Of a stretch of 64,000 bases of DNA, positions 41,442 through 51,571 are shown piece by piece (position 1 is the first letter of the stretch; every line of letters begins with the position of its first letter). The notes under the pieces are model-generated. The model worked only from the letters and a program-made list of their open reading frames with translations. It ran no database searches and was not told the origin of the DNA. The stretch comes from Sphingomonadales bacterium. Lineage in GTDB: Bacteria; Pseudomonadota; Alphaproteobacteria; Sphingomonadales; Sphingomonadaceae. The stretch spans positions 104,674 through 168,673 of the forward strand of contig JAYVBJ010000043.1 of assembly GCA_043750535.1 (NCBI GenBank), written 5' to 3'. The translations under genes and the position numbers were made by a program.

Positions 41442-44400
41442 AGACGACCTTTGCGGAACTTGTCGCGGCGACCAATTACAGTTTCCTGCGCGGGGCATCT
41501 CATCCGGCCGACATGGTTCATCATGCCCATATGCTGGGCATGGCCGGCATTGGCATTGCAGACCGTAACACCGTGGCAGGCGTGGTCCGCGCCCATATGG
41601 CATGGCGCGATTTGGGCGGAGCGGAAAGCGGATTCCGGCTGGTGGTCGGTGCGCGGCTCGTGTTCGCAGACGGCACCCCGGACGTTGTTGCATATCCCGC
41701 CACCCGTCATGGCTGGGGCCGGCTGACACGGCTGCTGACATTGGGCAATCGGCGCACGGAGAAAGGGAATTGCGAACTCCGCCTGGCTGATTTGCTCGAC
41801 CATGCGGATGATTTATTGCTGATCGCAATGGGCGCAGATGCGGCCCTGCTTGCGGCACTTTCAAAAGCCAGGCCTGGCTCGGTGTGGCTGGCAGCAACCA
41901 TGCACCGGGCAGGAGCCGATGCGCGCCGCCTTGCCGGACTGCAGGCTTTGAGTGCAAAAACTGGTGTGCCGTTGATCGCGATCAACGATGCGCTCTATGA
42001 CCAGCCAGACGCCCGCACGCTCCATGACATCATCACCTGCATTCGCAGCGGGGTAACGATACAAAGCGCGGGCAAGCTTCTGCTCGCCAATGCAGAGCGT
42101 CATCTCAAAGCCCCTGATGAAATGGCACGTTTGTTTCGTGCTTGCCCGGATGCAATCACGGCAACGGCGGACATCCTTTCTCGGATAAGTTTCACGCTGG
42201 ATGATCTGAAGTATGAATATCCACATGAGCCCGTGCCTAACGGATGGACGCCGCAAGGCTGGCTAGAACATCTGGTGATGACCGAGGCGCACCGCCGCCA
42301 CCCTGATGGCCTGCCCGATGCGCTTACCAAAGTGATCGCCGAGGAGTTTCGCCTGATCCAGATGAAGGCCTATGCCCCCTATTTCCTGACTGTGCACGAC
42401 ATTGTGCGGCATGCCCGCAGCCTTGATCCGCCGATCCTGTGCCAAGGGCGCGGTTCAGCTGCGAACTCTGTGGTCTGCTATTTATTGGGCGTGACGTCGG
42501 TTGATCCGGTCGCGAACAAGCTGCTTTTTTCGCGCTTCTTGTCCGAGGAACGCAATGAGCCGCCCGATATTGATGTCGATTTTGAACATGAGCGGCGCGA
42601 AGAAATCATGCAGTATATCTATGCCCGCTATGGCCGTGAACGTGCGGGGATTGCTGCCACCGTTATCCATTACCGCCCGCGCAGCACGATCCGTGAAGTC
42701 GGTAAGGTTCTGGGGCTGACCGAAGATGTCACGGCGCGGCTAACCTCTACAATCTGGGGCAGTTGGGGCAGAGATGTCTCGCAAGCGCGGGTGGTTGAGG
42801 CTGGCTTTGATCCGGACAATCCGGAAATTGCCCGGTTGAAGATATTGGTCGACCGGCTGCTCGAATTTCCGCGCCATTTGTCACAGCATGTTGGCGGCTT
42901 CGTATTGACGCAAGGGCGGCTCGATGAACTGGTGCCCATCCATAACGGCGCGATGCCAGACCGGACATTCATCGAATGGGACAAGGACGATATCGATGCA
43001 CTGGGCCTGATGAAGGTGGATGTGCTCGCACTGGGCATGCTCACCTGCATCCGCAAGAGTTTTGATCTGCTGCGCGCGAATGGTTTGGGTGATCATGATC
43101 TGCAGAATCTGCCCGCCGAAGACCCTGAGGTTTACCGCATGCTGCAAAAAGGCGACAGCATCGGTACGTTTCAAGTGGAAAGCCGGGCACAGATTAACAT
43201 GCTGCCCCGAATGAAGCCCAAAGTGCTTTATGACCTTGTCATTCAAGTCGCGATTGTCCGCCCCGGCCCCATTCAGGGCGGTATGGTCCACCCCTATCTG
43301 CGGCGGCGCAATGGTGAGGAAGCAGTCGTCTTCCCGGCCCCCGCACCGCCGCATGACCCCGATGAATTGCGCGGCGTTTTGGGGAAGACACTAGGCGTGC
43401 CGCTGTTTCAGGAACAGGCGATGAAACTGGCGATAGTAGCCGCAAATTTCACACCGGCACAGGCCGATGGCCTCCGCCGGGCCATGGCGACTTTCCGAAA
43501 CCATGGCACTATGCATCGTTATCAGGAACAGATGATCGGGGGCATGGTGGCCCGCGGTTATGAGCGCGACTTTGCCGAACGCTGCTTTGAACAAATTAAG
43601 GGCTTTGGCGAATATGGCTTCCCGGAAAGCCATGCGCAGGCCTTTGGTTGGCTTGCGTATATTTCATCATGGCTCAAATGTCGTCATCCCGCCATCTTCA
43701 CTTGCGCACTGCTCAATGCGCAACCCATGGGATTCTATGCACCATCTCAACTTGTCCGCGATGCGCGCAACCATGGGGTCGAGGTTCGCGCCGTTGATAT
43801 CAATGCCAGTGATTGGGACAGCACTCTTGAATCTTTGGGCGCAGATGAATCGTTGGGCGCAGATGAATCTTTGAACGAAGGGCGCTTCGCGCTCCGTCTT
43901 GGTATGCGCCAGATTGATGGATTTCGCCAGGATTGGGCAAAAACAATCACGCAGTCGCGGCTGTCTGGTCCATTTCAATCCACAGAGGATATAGTGCGCC
44001 GGACCAGATTACCATCAGCCGCTTTGCGTAAACTGGCGGATGCCGATGCGTTCAACTCGCTCGGCAAAACCCGGCGTGATGCCTTGTGGGATGTGCGGCG
44101 CACTCCGCCAGATCAGCTCCCTCTGTTTGCCTTTGCCGATGCCTCTGAGCTGGGGATGGAACCGGACGCCGCGCTGCCCGTCATGCCGCTCGCAGAAGAA
44201 GTGGTTGCCGATTATCAGACTACGCGCTTGTCCTTAAAAGCGCACCCCTTGCAGTTCCTGCGCGCATCGTTTGCGCACGAGGGGGTGTCGAGCTGCGCCG
44301 AAGCCAACGCCGCACCCGATGGCCGCAAAGTTCGCGCCGCCGGCATTGTCCTGATCCGCCAGCGTCCAGGCAAAGGCAATGCCGTATTCATCACCATCGA

Positions 44401-44704
44401 GGACGAAACCGGCATCGTCAACGCCCTGCTGTGGACGCGCGATATGGAACGGCAACGGACCGTGGTCATGGCGTCCCGGCTGATGTTGATCGAGGGAATA
44501 ATCCAGCGCAGCAAAGAAGGCGTCGTCCATCTGATGGCCAACCGCGTGCATGACCGAACGGCAATGCTCGCATGCCTTTCGGAAAATGATGACATCACGC
44601 CATCAATGGCGCACGCCGATGAAGCTGGCCGCCCCAAGCAAACCGGAACACGCGGCCATCCGCGCAATGTGCGAATATTGCCACGCTCAAGGGATTTCCA
44701 TTGA
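41438..44704 (+). CDS. dnaE2: Error-prone DNA polymerase DnaE2 (ImuC)
   Basis: NYSFLRGASHP, GRGSAANS, PDIDVD, C-terminal SRDFH; GTGA overlap with imuB. Confidence 0.97.
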   Translation: MKTTFAELVAATNYSFLRGASHPADMVHHAHMLGMAGIGIADRNTVAGVVRAHMAWRDLGGAESGFRLVVGARLVFADGTPDVVAYPATRHGWGRLTRLLTLGNRRTEKGNCELRLADLLDHADDLLLIAMGADAALLAALSKARPGSVWLAATMHRAGADARRLAGLQALSAKTGVPLIAINDALYDQPDARTLHDIITCIRSGVTIQSAGKLLLANAERHLKAPDEMARLFRACPDAITATADILSRISFTLDDLKYEYPHEPVPNGWTPQGWLEHLVMTEAHRRHPDGLPDALTKVIAEEFRLIQMKAYAPYFLTVHDIVRHARSLDPPILCQGRGSAANSVVCYLLGVTSVDPVANKLLFSRFLSEERNEPPDIDVDFEHERREEIMQYIYARYGRERAGIAATVIHYRPRSTIREVGKVLGLTEDVTARLTSTIWGSWGRDVSQARVVEAGFDPDNPEIARLKILVDRLLEFPRHLSQHVGGFVLTQGRLDELVPIHNGAMPDRTFIEWDKDDIDALGLMKVDVLALGMLTCIRKSFDLLRANGLGDHDLQNLPAEDPEVYRMLQKGDSIGTFQVESRAQINMLPRMKPKVLYDLVIQVAIVRPGPIQGGMVHPYLRRRNGEEAVVFPAPAPPHDPDELRGVLGKTLGVPLFQEQAMKLAIVAANFTPAQADGLRRAMATFRNHGTMHRYQEQMIGGMVARGYERDFAERCFEQIKGFGEYGFPESHAQAFGWLAYISSWLKCRHPAIFTCALLNAQPMGFYAPSQLVRDARNHGVEVRAVDINASDWDSTLESLGADESLGADESLNEGRFALRLGMRQIDGFRQDWAKTITQSRLSGPFQSTEDIVRRTRLPSAALRKLADADAFNSLGKTRRDALWDVRRTPPDQLPLFAFADASELGMEPDAALPVMPLAEEVVADYQTTRLSLKAHPLQFLRASFAHEGVSSCAEANAAPDGRKVRAAGIVLIRQRPGKGNAVFITIEDETGIVNALLWTRDMERQRTVVMASRLMLIEGIIQRSKEGVVHLMANRVHDRTAMLACLSENDDITPSMAHADEAGRPKQTGTRGHPRNVRILPRSRDFH

Positions 44705-44775
44705 GCCTAAAAGAGAGCCCCGCACCAAGGGATGGGCGGCGGCGCAACATAGTGACCGGCTATACCCTAGCCCGT

Positions 44776-46257
44776 TTATGGCTGGCCGATACGTATGGCT
44801 TCTTCGGCCGTAGTTTCGCCGCTGATCACCAATTTGCGCGCGGCGGAGCTCAGATTTGGGTTGTTTAAGAATGCGTGACTGGAGATTACCGCTTCATCGC
44901 CGCCGCTGTTGATTAACCGCCTAAGACTGTCATCGATAAAGACGACTTCGAAAACTCCGATGCTACCTAAGAAGCCGCTATTATCGCATGCGGCGCAGCC
45001 CCTTGGTTCAAAAATGCCGGTCCCGCGATCAAAGCCCAGTCGCGATGCAATGCTGCCTGCCGCTTGTGCAGGAACGCGGCAAATGTTGCACAAACGCTTA
45101 ACCAGACGCTGAGCGATAACACTACGCAAGCTCTCACTTAGCAACATGCGGTCGACCTTTAACTCGCGCAGTGCTGTAATCACGCCAACGGCATTGTTCG
45201 ATTGTAAAGTTGTAAGGACAAGCGGGCCGGAAAGCGCAGCTTTCATGGCGATCTCCGCCGATTTTCGGTCAGGCAATTGGCTGATCATCACAACATCGGG
45301 ATCTTGCCTTAAAACGTCACGAAGCGTCTCAGCGATCGATATATCAGTGGATTTATCAATCTGTACCTGGTTGATGCCCTCAACATCATATTCAACAGAA
45401 TTTTCGACAGTGATGATATTGCGTTTGCCGTTGTTCATCTGGTTTAGCGCAGCATATAGCGTGGTAGTAACGCCTGAATCCTGCGGTCCTGCGACAATGA
45501 TCATACCTCCGGGCGCTGCCATAACCTGCCTAAGCCGTGATTGAATTTCCGGTGACATGCCCGGCAAATTCATGACGAAATCTGTGTTGGCTGAATCAGG
45601 CAAGTGCAGAACCATCCGTTCGCCATGCTTATCGGGCATTGTTGAAATCGATATATCCAGCTTTGTGTTGTTCGCATCAATAGCAAATATGCCCTTTTGC
45701 GGGGCACTTGGATTGCTCTGGTCAATTCCGAACTTGTCCTTCAGCTGGTGAATTACAGCCTGAGAGTATTCCGACGACATCTTAAATCGCTCCCGCAGTT
45801 TGCCGTCTTGGCGAACACGGACAACAAACTGGCTATCGTAAGCCTCGATATGAATATCTGAAATTCCCTGCCCCGCGGCTTCGATTATCATCGCGTCAAT
45901 TAACTGGATTACTTTGGCGGCATTTACATTATCAACGGTTATTATTGACGGGGCATCTGCATCCTCGGCTTGTCCATAATGTGCAAAAAGATAAGCGTTA
46001 AAACGCGGCGCATTTACAAATTCTAACTCAAATGGCAGCGTTACAAAATGGCTGATTTCCAATAAGATCAGCGGGTCGGCATCATCACGCAGCGCAAAAA
46101 CAAGGCGCCCCTCGGCAAGCTGACGAATAACCAAGCCGTTGGTTTTGGCAAAAATATAGGGCAAATCCAGCACGGGTGAAGGCAATCTAGACGCTTGCGC
46201 CAGTTCTTCGCATTTGCGTTCAAACATCGTATTCAAACCCAAGCCCTCAATATCCAT
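44776..46257 (-). CDS. GspE/PilB family secretion ATPase homologue with degenerate catalytic motifs
   Basis: SDIHIE, LRQDPDVVM, AQRLVKRLC and CxxC..CxxC are retained; Walker A reads GPQDSGVT. Confidence 0.88.
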   Translation of the reverse strand: MDIEGLGLNTMFERKCEELAQASRLPSPVLDLPYIFAKTNGLVIRQLAEGRLVFALRDDADPLILLEISHFVTLPFELEFVNAPRFNAYLFAHYGQAEDADAPSIITVDNVNAAKVIQLIDAMIIEAAGQGISDIHIEAYDSQFVVRVRQDGKLRERFKMSSEYSQAVIHQLKDKFGIDQSNPSAPQKGIFAIDANNTKLDISISTMPDKHGERMVLHLPDSANTDFVMNLPGMSPEIQSRLRQVMAAPGGMIIVAGPQDSGVTTTLYAALNQMNNGKRNIITVENSVEYDVEGINQVQIDKSTDISIAETLRDVLRQDPDVVMISQLPDRKSAEIAMKAALSGPLVLTTLQSNNAVGVITALRELKVDRMLLSESLRSVIAQRLVKRLCNICRVPAQAAGSIASRLGFDRGTGIFEPRGCAACDNSGFLGSIGVFEVVFIDDSLRRLINSGGDEAVISSHAFLNNPNLSSAARKLVISGETTAEEAIRIGQP

Positions 46258-46339
46258 TTCATCCAGTTTCCATATTTTGGTTCAAATACTGCTCCTTTAG
46301 TCTGCGGCATAAGGACTATATCGGCAGCAAGACGCGCGC

Positions 46340-46368
46340 ATGACCGTTAGATGACAGCTATGTGACAT
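46340..46368 (-). promoter_or_regulatory. Pho box (three units)
   Basis: Minus strand ATGTCAC-ATAG-CTGTCAT-CTAA-CGGTCAT, 11-bp period. Confidence 0.75.
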
Positions 46369-46381
46369 TTAGGGTCAGGGC

Positions 46382-49096
46382 CTAAAACTTGATCTCTAAG
46401 CCCAGTGAAAAACTGCTTCCCGTTTTGTACCGATTGTAGAAGATTTTATTCTCGCCGATTGCCTGAAACTCTTGGTATTTTGTGCCGGTCAGGTTGCGAG
46501 CTTCTAACTTCAACTCTGCTTCTACTCCGCCCAATTTAATGCCTTGGCGGACGACAAAATCGATCTGAATTCCGGGCCGTTCGGTAATGTCAACTTGCCC
46601 AGATGCACCTCTGCTGGTGACACGGTCGCTGGCATATGTGAACAGCAACGTTTGCTGCGATAAGTTGCTGGTATCTTCCAAACCAATCTGCAGGTTGACC
46701 AGATGATCCGATTGGCCCGTCAATGGCGCGCCGCTGCGGAAGAAATCCAACGCTGATGTTGAAGAAGAGCCGAATACCGCGATGCGGTCGTTAGCGTTTA
46801 CGCGGATTTTGGATTTCGTATAGGTATAGTTCGCGATGACAACTGCCCGCCGATTAGCAAAAAATCCACTTTCCGCATCGCCCGCCAAATCGAAATATTT
46901 CTGCGTTTCAATTTCCGCACCGAACAAATCGGCTGTGGGCGCATTGGCGAAACTGGTGACGACAGAATTGTCATCGAAACTGGAAAAGGACTCGATAGGA
47001 TTATCAATTCGCTTAAAGAAACCGGCCACAGATACACGCTGATCACGGTCAAAATAATATTCATAACGCGCTTCGCCATTATACAACTGGCTATCCGTCA
47101 ATAACGGATTGCCGCGGAACAATCGGTTTGAATCCGGGTCATAGAAATTCTGAAAAATCAGTTCCCGAAATTGCGGTCTCGCTATAGTTTTTGATCCGCT
47201 CAAACGGAACTTCATCTGGTCGGTAATGTCCCAAGTCAGCGTTGCAGCCGGCAGCCAATAATTGTTCTTCAGCTGAGTCGATGCCAGTGAAGCGGTGGGA
47301 ACCGTGAATACTTGAACAGGTTCAACTGTTTGCTGTGCAGTCTCATAACGCACACCGGCATTAAGGCTGATTTCCGGTGTAAAGTTGATCTGTAACTGGC
47401 CATATCCGGCATTGGTCAGCAGCTGTGCATCAAACACCGGGTTGGCTTCGTTGGTATCGATCAGGCTGATGTCGTAAAAATCAATGATGCCGGGTTGCAA
47501 CAATAGATCGGGGCGCAGCAAGCCTGCCGCCGCTGGAAATGTGTTCGGCGCGGAAAACAAAAACTCCCGCCGCTCAGTACGCCGCGTTGTATCGGAATAA
47601 GCATAACCAATTGTGCCCGTAATATCCGGTGTTATTTTGACCGAAAGATCGGCGCTGCCAGCATATAGATCTTCATTGAGGTAAGAATAGCTTACCTCAG
47701 CCGTTCCTTGCTGTCCGTTATTCAAACGGTTGATGAAAAATGCGCCCAGTGGATCGCTCGCCACATTGCTACGATAATATTCAAAGCTAAATTCATCCGG
47801 CGCCTCACGCTGCGAATTGGCATAGGAGGCACGCAGATTGAGTGTGACGTCCGGCGACAATTTGAAATCGCCAACCAATTGCGTATCGATCAATTGGCGT
47901 TCGTAAAATGCCGTGTCTTGCTGCATCAAAGTTGCCGTTGCCGAAGTGGTTTGGCGCGTGCCAACGCCAAGCCGTGCTTGTTTCAAAGTGTCGCGGATAA
48001 ACAAGTTGGTCCAGCGGATTTTCTGCTCACCGCTTTCCAGACCAAAGCCGACCAAGCCATTTACCACAATACGATTATCGGTAATGACTCGTTGAAAATC
48101 CAGCTCTTTCTCGGACAGATCGAGTGTGGACGCGGTCTGTTGCAACGTATCACGGGTGCGCCATTTATTGCTGTAGCCGATAGTTGCGATCAAACCGAAT
48201 GAGGTGTCGGTGCCCAATTCAAAGTTTGTACCGCCGGTTATGTTGGCCGACGCGTTGACGGGCAGATGTTTGTTGCGCTGAATAACTGCATTGCGTCCGG
48301 TAACCAACTGCCCGGCAATCGCCTGGGTATCAACTGCACCGGTACTGATTCGGTTTCCGCTGGCGAGATATGCGGCAAGTGCGGGCTTTAGGTCGCGGTT
48401 GCCATTGTCAAATCCTGTCCAATCCAACGAACTGCCAAAATAGGTATAGCCAAGTTGATTGGTGGTCTCACTATTTCCGCTAACGTCCGCACTAATCGAA
48501 AGAAACGGTTCCCTTGGAATGGCCTTGGTGGTCAGGTTGATAACGCCGCCGCCAAACTCTCCGGGAAAGTTCGCCGAATAGGTTTTTTGCACCAATGAAG
48601 ACGCAATCACGCTGGTGGGGAACAGATCAAGCGGCACAACCCGCTTCAAAGGTTCGGGGCTAGGTAACGGTGAACCATTGAGCAACGCCAACGAATAACG
48701 ATCACCCAAACCACGCACATAAACAAAGCCATTGCCGACAACACTAAGCCCGGTGACCCGCGCCAACGCGCCCGCAATATCACCTTCACCGGTGCGTTCA
48801 ATATCGGCGCTGGACAGCACCGAAACAACTTGCGGTGCGGCTTTGGCAACGTTGCGGTCAACCCTGCCTCTGACGACGATTTCTTGTACATTGCCGGGAA
48901 TAGAGACATCGATTGGCTCTTCTTCCGCAGGCGCTTCAGGAGCAGGCGTTGCACTCGCGGCTTCCTCAACTGGAACTTCCGGTTCCGGAGCATCGCGCTC
49001 CGACACACCAGGCACAGTTTGTGCCATCGCCATTGACGGCGCAATAAGCGCGGATGAAATTAGCAGTAGGCTGATCGCCCCCAATGGCTTCAACAT
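46382..49096 (-). CDS. TonB-dependent receptor
   Basis: Signal peptide, 'EIVVRG', plug 'ALARVTGLS..VYVRGLGDRY', 'TIARPQFRE', C-terminal Phe; ATG 49096 behind an aaggga RBS. Confidence 0.93.
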   Translation of the reverse strand: MLKPLGAISLLLISSALIAPSMAMAQTVPGVSERDAPEPEVPVEEAASATPAPEAPAEEEPIDVSIPGNVQEIVVRGRVDRNVAKAAPQVVSVLSSADIERTGEGDIAGALARVTGLSVVGNGFVYVRGLGDRYSLALLNGSPLPSPEPLKRVVPLDLFPTSVIASSLVQKTYSANFPGEFGGGVINLTTKAIPREPFLSISADVSGNSETTNQLGYTYFGSSLDWTGFDNGNRDLKPALAAYLASGNRISTGAVDTQAIAGQLVTGRNAVIQRNKHLPVNASANITGGTNFELGTDTSFGLIATIGYSNKWRTRDTLQQTASTLDLSEKELDFQRVITDNRIVVNGLVGFGLESGEQKIRWTNLFIRDTLKQARLGVGTRQTTSATATLMQQDTAFYERQLIDTQLVGDFKLSPDVTLNLRASYANSQREAPDEFSFEYYRSNVASDPLGAFFINRLNNGQQGTAEVSYSYLNEDLYAGSADLSVKITPDITGTIGYAYSDTTRRTERREFLFSAPNTFPAAAGLLRPDLLLQPGIIDFYDISLIDTNEANPVFDAQLLTNAGYGQLQINFTPEISLNAGVRYETAQQTVEPVQVFTVPTASLASTQLKNNYWLPAATLTWDITDQMKFRLSGSKTIARPQFRELIFQNFYDPDSNRLFRGNPLLTDSQLYNGEARYEYYFDRDQRVSVAGFFKRIDNPIESFSSFDDNSVVTSFANAPTADLFGAEIETQKYFDLAGDAESGFFANRRAVVIANYTYTKSKIRVNANDRIAVFGSSSTSALDFFRSGAPLTGQSDHLVNLQIGLEDTSNLSQQTLLFTYASDRVTSRGASGQVDITERPGIQIDFVVRQGIKLGGVEAELKLEARNLTGTKYQEFQAIGENKIFYNRYKTGSSFSLGLEIKF

Positions 49097-49118
49097 TGTA
49101 TTTCCCTTAATCAAATTC

Positions 49119-49160
49119 AAAAAGAGGCGGGGCGCACACACAAAGTCGCACCCCGCCCCG
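49119..49160 (-). terminator. Terminator-like hairpin between the lipoprotein and TBDR genes
   Basis: Minus strand ggcggggtgcg...gcgccccgcc followed by tcttttt. Confidence 0.55.
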
Positions 49161-49176
49161 TATCACTTACTTTCGA

Positions 49177-50748
49177 TCAGAAAGTTGGCAACGAAGTACA
49201 CAGACCAGAAGTGCTGGTACCCAAATTTGCGGTCGCGCTATTGCATGTCCAACCCGCATACCAAGTATCCGTCGCATCCTTGACCGCACCAATATATGTC
49301 GTGACATCAAAGTACGGGTTCAGTGTGCTTGCATCAAATGCAGCCACGGCCGTTTCGCTGGCACCGTTGATGAACAACGACGTCAATGTTGGTGTAAAGG
49401 CGCTGTTATTGCCATTGGCACCCGAACCAAAGATGGCCGAAACTTGCGCTTCGGTCACGCCGTCCGAGCCAACAAATGCAGGAGTACCGCATTGCGCGAC
49501 AACTGAACGAACGAGCGGTGCGCCTGCTTCATCGATTGCTGCATTTGCGGTGGTAGATGCGGTTTGCGCGCGGCTAATCCGCAGGCAAGATGTATTCGGG
49601 CTGATGACCACGCCATTGGCCAACGTATAATCGGTGCCGCCGCGCAAGAAGATTGACGCAGCGTTGCCGGTGTTATTACGCTGAATGAAGGTGAAGTTGG
49701 ACAAGCGCGTATTCTGACGCGGAATGTTGCCATCCAGCGAATTGTTCGAATCCGCCTCGATCATCGAATCTCCTGCGCCAGCACGTTGCACTGCCAATAC
49801 ATATTGGAAGTTCGCTTTAACGCCGGTGTCGGTATCCAGATTGTCATCATCCGCACCGATTGATACGAAATATTTCATATTCACCGAACCGCCGAAAAAT
49901 TCGGCACCATCATCGGAGCTGTTGAACGACTGGATGTGATCAAGAATTGTGCCTGATCCGACGCCGCCTGTGGTCAATGATTGCAGTTCTGAGTTACCAG
50001 ACAACACAAATCCGGAATAACGGATTTGAACATAGCTCATCTGGCCGCTGCTATCAGCCGAATTTGCGCCGCCATAAAGTGCAGGATCAACCGCGCCTTC
50101 AACCTGACGTTCACATGCTACCGTTCCAGGTGCGGCAGCTGGCGCTGCGCAATCGGTAATTGGCGCACGGCCATTAAGAACGACGCCGCCCCATTGACCA
50201 ATTGTACTGTCGGTATTTGCACCGATAACATTGTTGAGACTGGTGAAGACGATTGGCAATGTAGCCGTACCGATAGCGTTCAGCTTGTTCCCGCGGTTTA
50301 CATTCAACCAAGAAACGCCGGTTCCGCCATAGACAATAACGCCGGGTGCGATGGTCAATGTGACCGCCGTATTCGTGGTCGACGGACCTTGATCGGTGCC
50401 GACATCAACGCGCCCACCCAAACGGTAAAGAACACCTGTAACTTTCGGCAAGGTTGAGCTCGTATTAATCCGCGCTGGCAATGTGCACGCGCGGTAAGTT
50501 CCAGTCGGGCCCGACACGATACCGGAGTCTACAAGACCTTGCGCATCAGTAATAGTTGGACACACCGCTGCTGCAACAACGGTTGCAGGCGGTGGCGGAG
50601 GTGTTGGCGGTGGCGGTGGAGCAGGCGGATTATTTATTGTAACACCGCCGCCGGTTCCGGGCGACGCAATATCATCAGCGCCGCAACCTGATACGATGGC
50701 CGCGGCGGCCGTCGCAAAAATGATCCCACGCAATTTCGGGTTAAGCAT
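49177..50748 (-). CDS. Surface lipoprotein, probable beta-helix (resembles Caulobacter ElpS-type phosphate-starvation lipoproteins)
   Basis: Lipobox VSGC, poly-Pro linker, 'LTIAPGVIVYG', 'GQWGGVVLNG', 'SYVQIRYSG', 'DDGAEFFGG', 'DDNLDTD'. Confidence 0.75.
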   Translation of the reverse strand: MLNPKLRGIIFATAAAAIVSGCGADDIASPGTGGGVTINNPPAPPPPPTPPPPPATVVAAAVCPTITDAQGLVDSGIVSGPTGTYRACTLPARINTSSTLPKVTGVLYRLGGRVDVGTDQGPSTTNTAVTLTIAPGVIVYGGTGVSWLNVNRGNKLNAIGTATLPIVFTSLNNVIGANTDSTIGQWGGVVLNGRAPITDCAAPAAAPGTVACERQVEGAVDPALYGGANSADSSGQMSYVQIRYSGFVLSGNSELQSLTTGGVGSGTILDHIQSFNSSDDGAEFFGGSVNMKYFVSIGADDDNLDTDTGVKANFQYVLAVQRAGAGDSMIEADSNNSLDGNIPRQNTRLSNFTFIQRNNTGNAASIFLRGGTDYTLANGVVISPNTSCLRISRAQTASTTANAAIDEAGAPLVRSVVAQCGTPAFVGSDGVTEAQVSAIFGSGANGNNSAFTPTLTSLFINGASETAVAAFDASTLNPYFDVTTYIGAVKDATDTWYAGWTCNSATANLGTSTSGLCTSLPTF

Positions 50749-50900
50749 GCAAATTCTCCACAACAAAAAAACAATCTCGGATGAGACGTGCAAGAAGCGG
50801 AGTGAAAGAATCGATTTATCGCCCCGCGTTTCTCGAGTTGCAGTTAGGGGCAGCGTATGACGCCAGTGTTGGGATATGATGATGTTTTTGAGAATCATTT

Positions 50901-50918
50901 ATGACAGAAAAATGTCAA
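50901..50918 (-). promoter_or_regulatory. Pho box
   Basis: Minus strand TTGACAT-TTTT-CTGTCAT. Confidence 0.7.
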
Positions 50919-50942
50919 CCGCCAGTTGCGCCATTTCAACGC

Positions 50943-50974
50943 AAAAAAAGGCGGAGATCAAGCTCCGCCTTTTT
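50943..50974. terminator. Bidirectional rho-independent terminator
   Basis: A7-ggcggag-loop-ctccgcc-T5. Confidence 0.85.
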
Positions 50975-51025
50975 GAAATTTATCCTCTATTAACTCAGAG
51001 CGAAAATATTATCGCTGAAACCGGG

Positions 51026-51403
51026 TCAGCGCGATGCAATCCGGTTGTTAAACTGCGCTAACGCTATCTTTGCCGCATCACGCGAAGACATGATGGTGCC
51101 GTCTGCCAATTCTACGTCAAACACATCGCGGCTTGCCATCGCGGACTGATACAAACGAATGGCGTCGGAATGCCGGCCCATACGTTGATATGCACGGCCA
51201 AGGTTCAAAAGCTTTGCAGGATCAGAAGTATTCTCATCTGCATGCGCCAAAATTTGCTGGACAGCGCGCTGATTATCACCGGCCATCAACGCATCATAAC
51301 CAAGTTCGCCGGTTTGATAACCAACTTCACCTTTGGGTTCATTGGCCTGCACAGGAACACTGATCATTACCGTCAAAGCAGCAATGCAAAATGCCTTTTT
51401 CAT
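51026..51403 (-). CDS. Secreted TPR-containing protein
   Basis: Signal peptide (VQA), 'DPAKLLNLGRAYQRMGRHSDAIRLYQSA' TPR. Confidence 0.8.
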   Translation of the reverse strand: MKKAFCIAALTVMISVPVQANEPKGEVGYQTGELGYDALMAGDNQRAVQQILAHADENTSDPAKLLNLGRAYQRMGRHSDAIRLYQSAMASRDVFDVELADGTIMSSRDAAKIALAQFNNRIASR

Positions 51404-51433
51404 TTCGACTCTCCTCAATCACAAATCGTCATT

Positions 51434-51451
51434 GTTACAATAATATGACAA
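51434..51451 (-). promoter_or_regulatory. Probable Pho box
   Basis: Minus strand TTGTCAT-ATTA-TTGTAAC. Confidence 0.55.
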
Positions 51452-51571
51452 ATATGAAATATTTTCAAATTAAATAAATTTATAATTATAGATTTATTTT
51501 CAGAATATTAAGAGGTTTTTTGGGAATCATGAGGTCCAACGGAAATCACAGCGAAACGACATTTGTCCATC

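Noticed and set aside
40560-41957. 465-aa minus-strand ORF
   Set aside because: Antisense shadow of imuB/dnaE2 in GC-rich DNA; Pro/Arg-rich nonsense composition.
44776-46257. Functional type II secretion or type IV pilus locus
   Set aside because: No gspD, gspF or pseudopilin genes in the window, and the ATPase motifs are degenerate.
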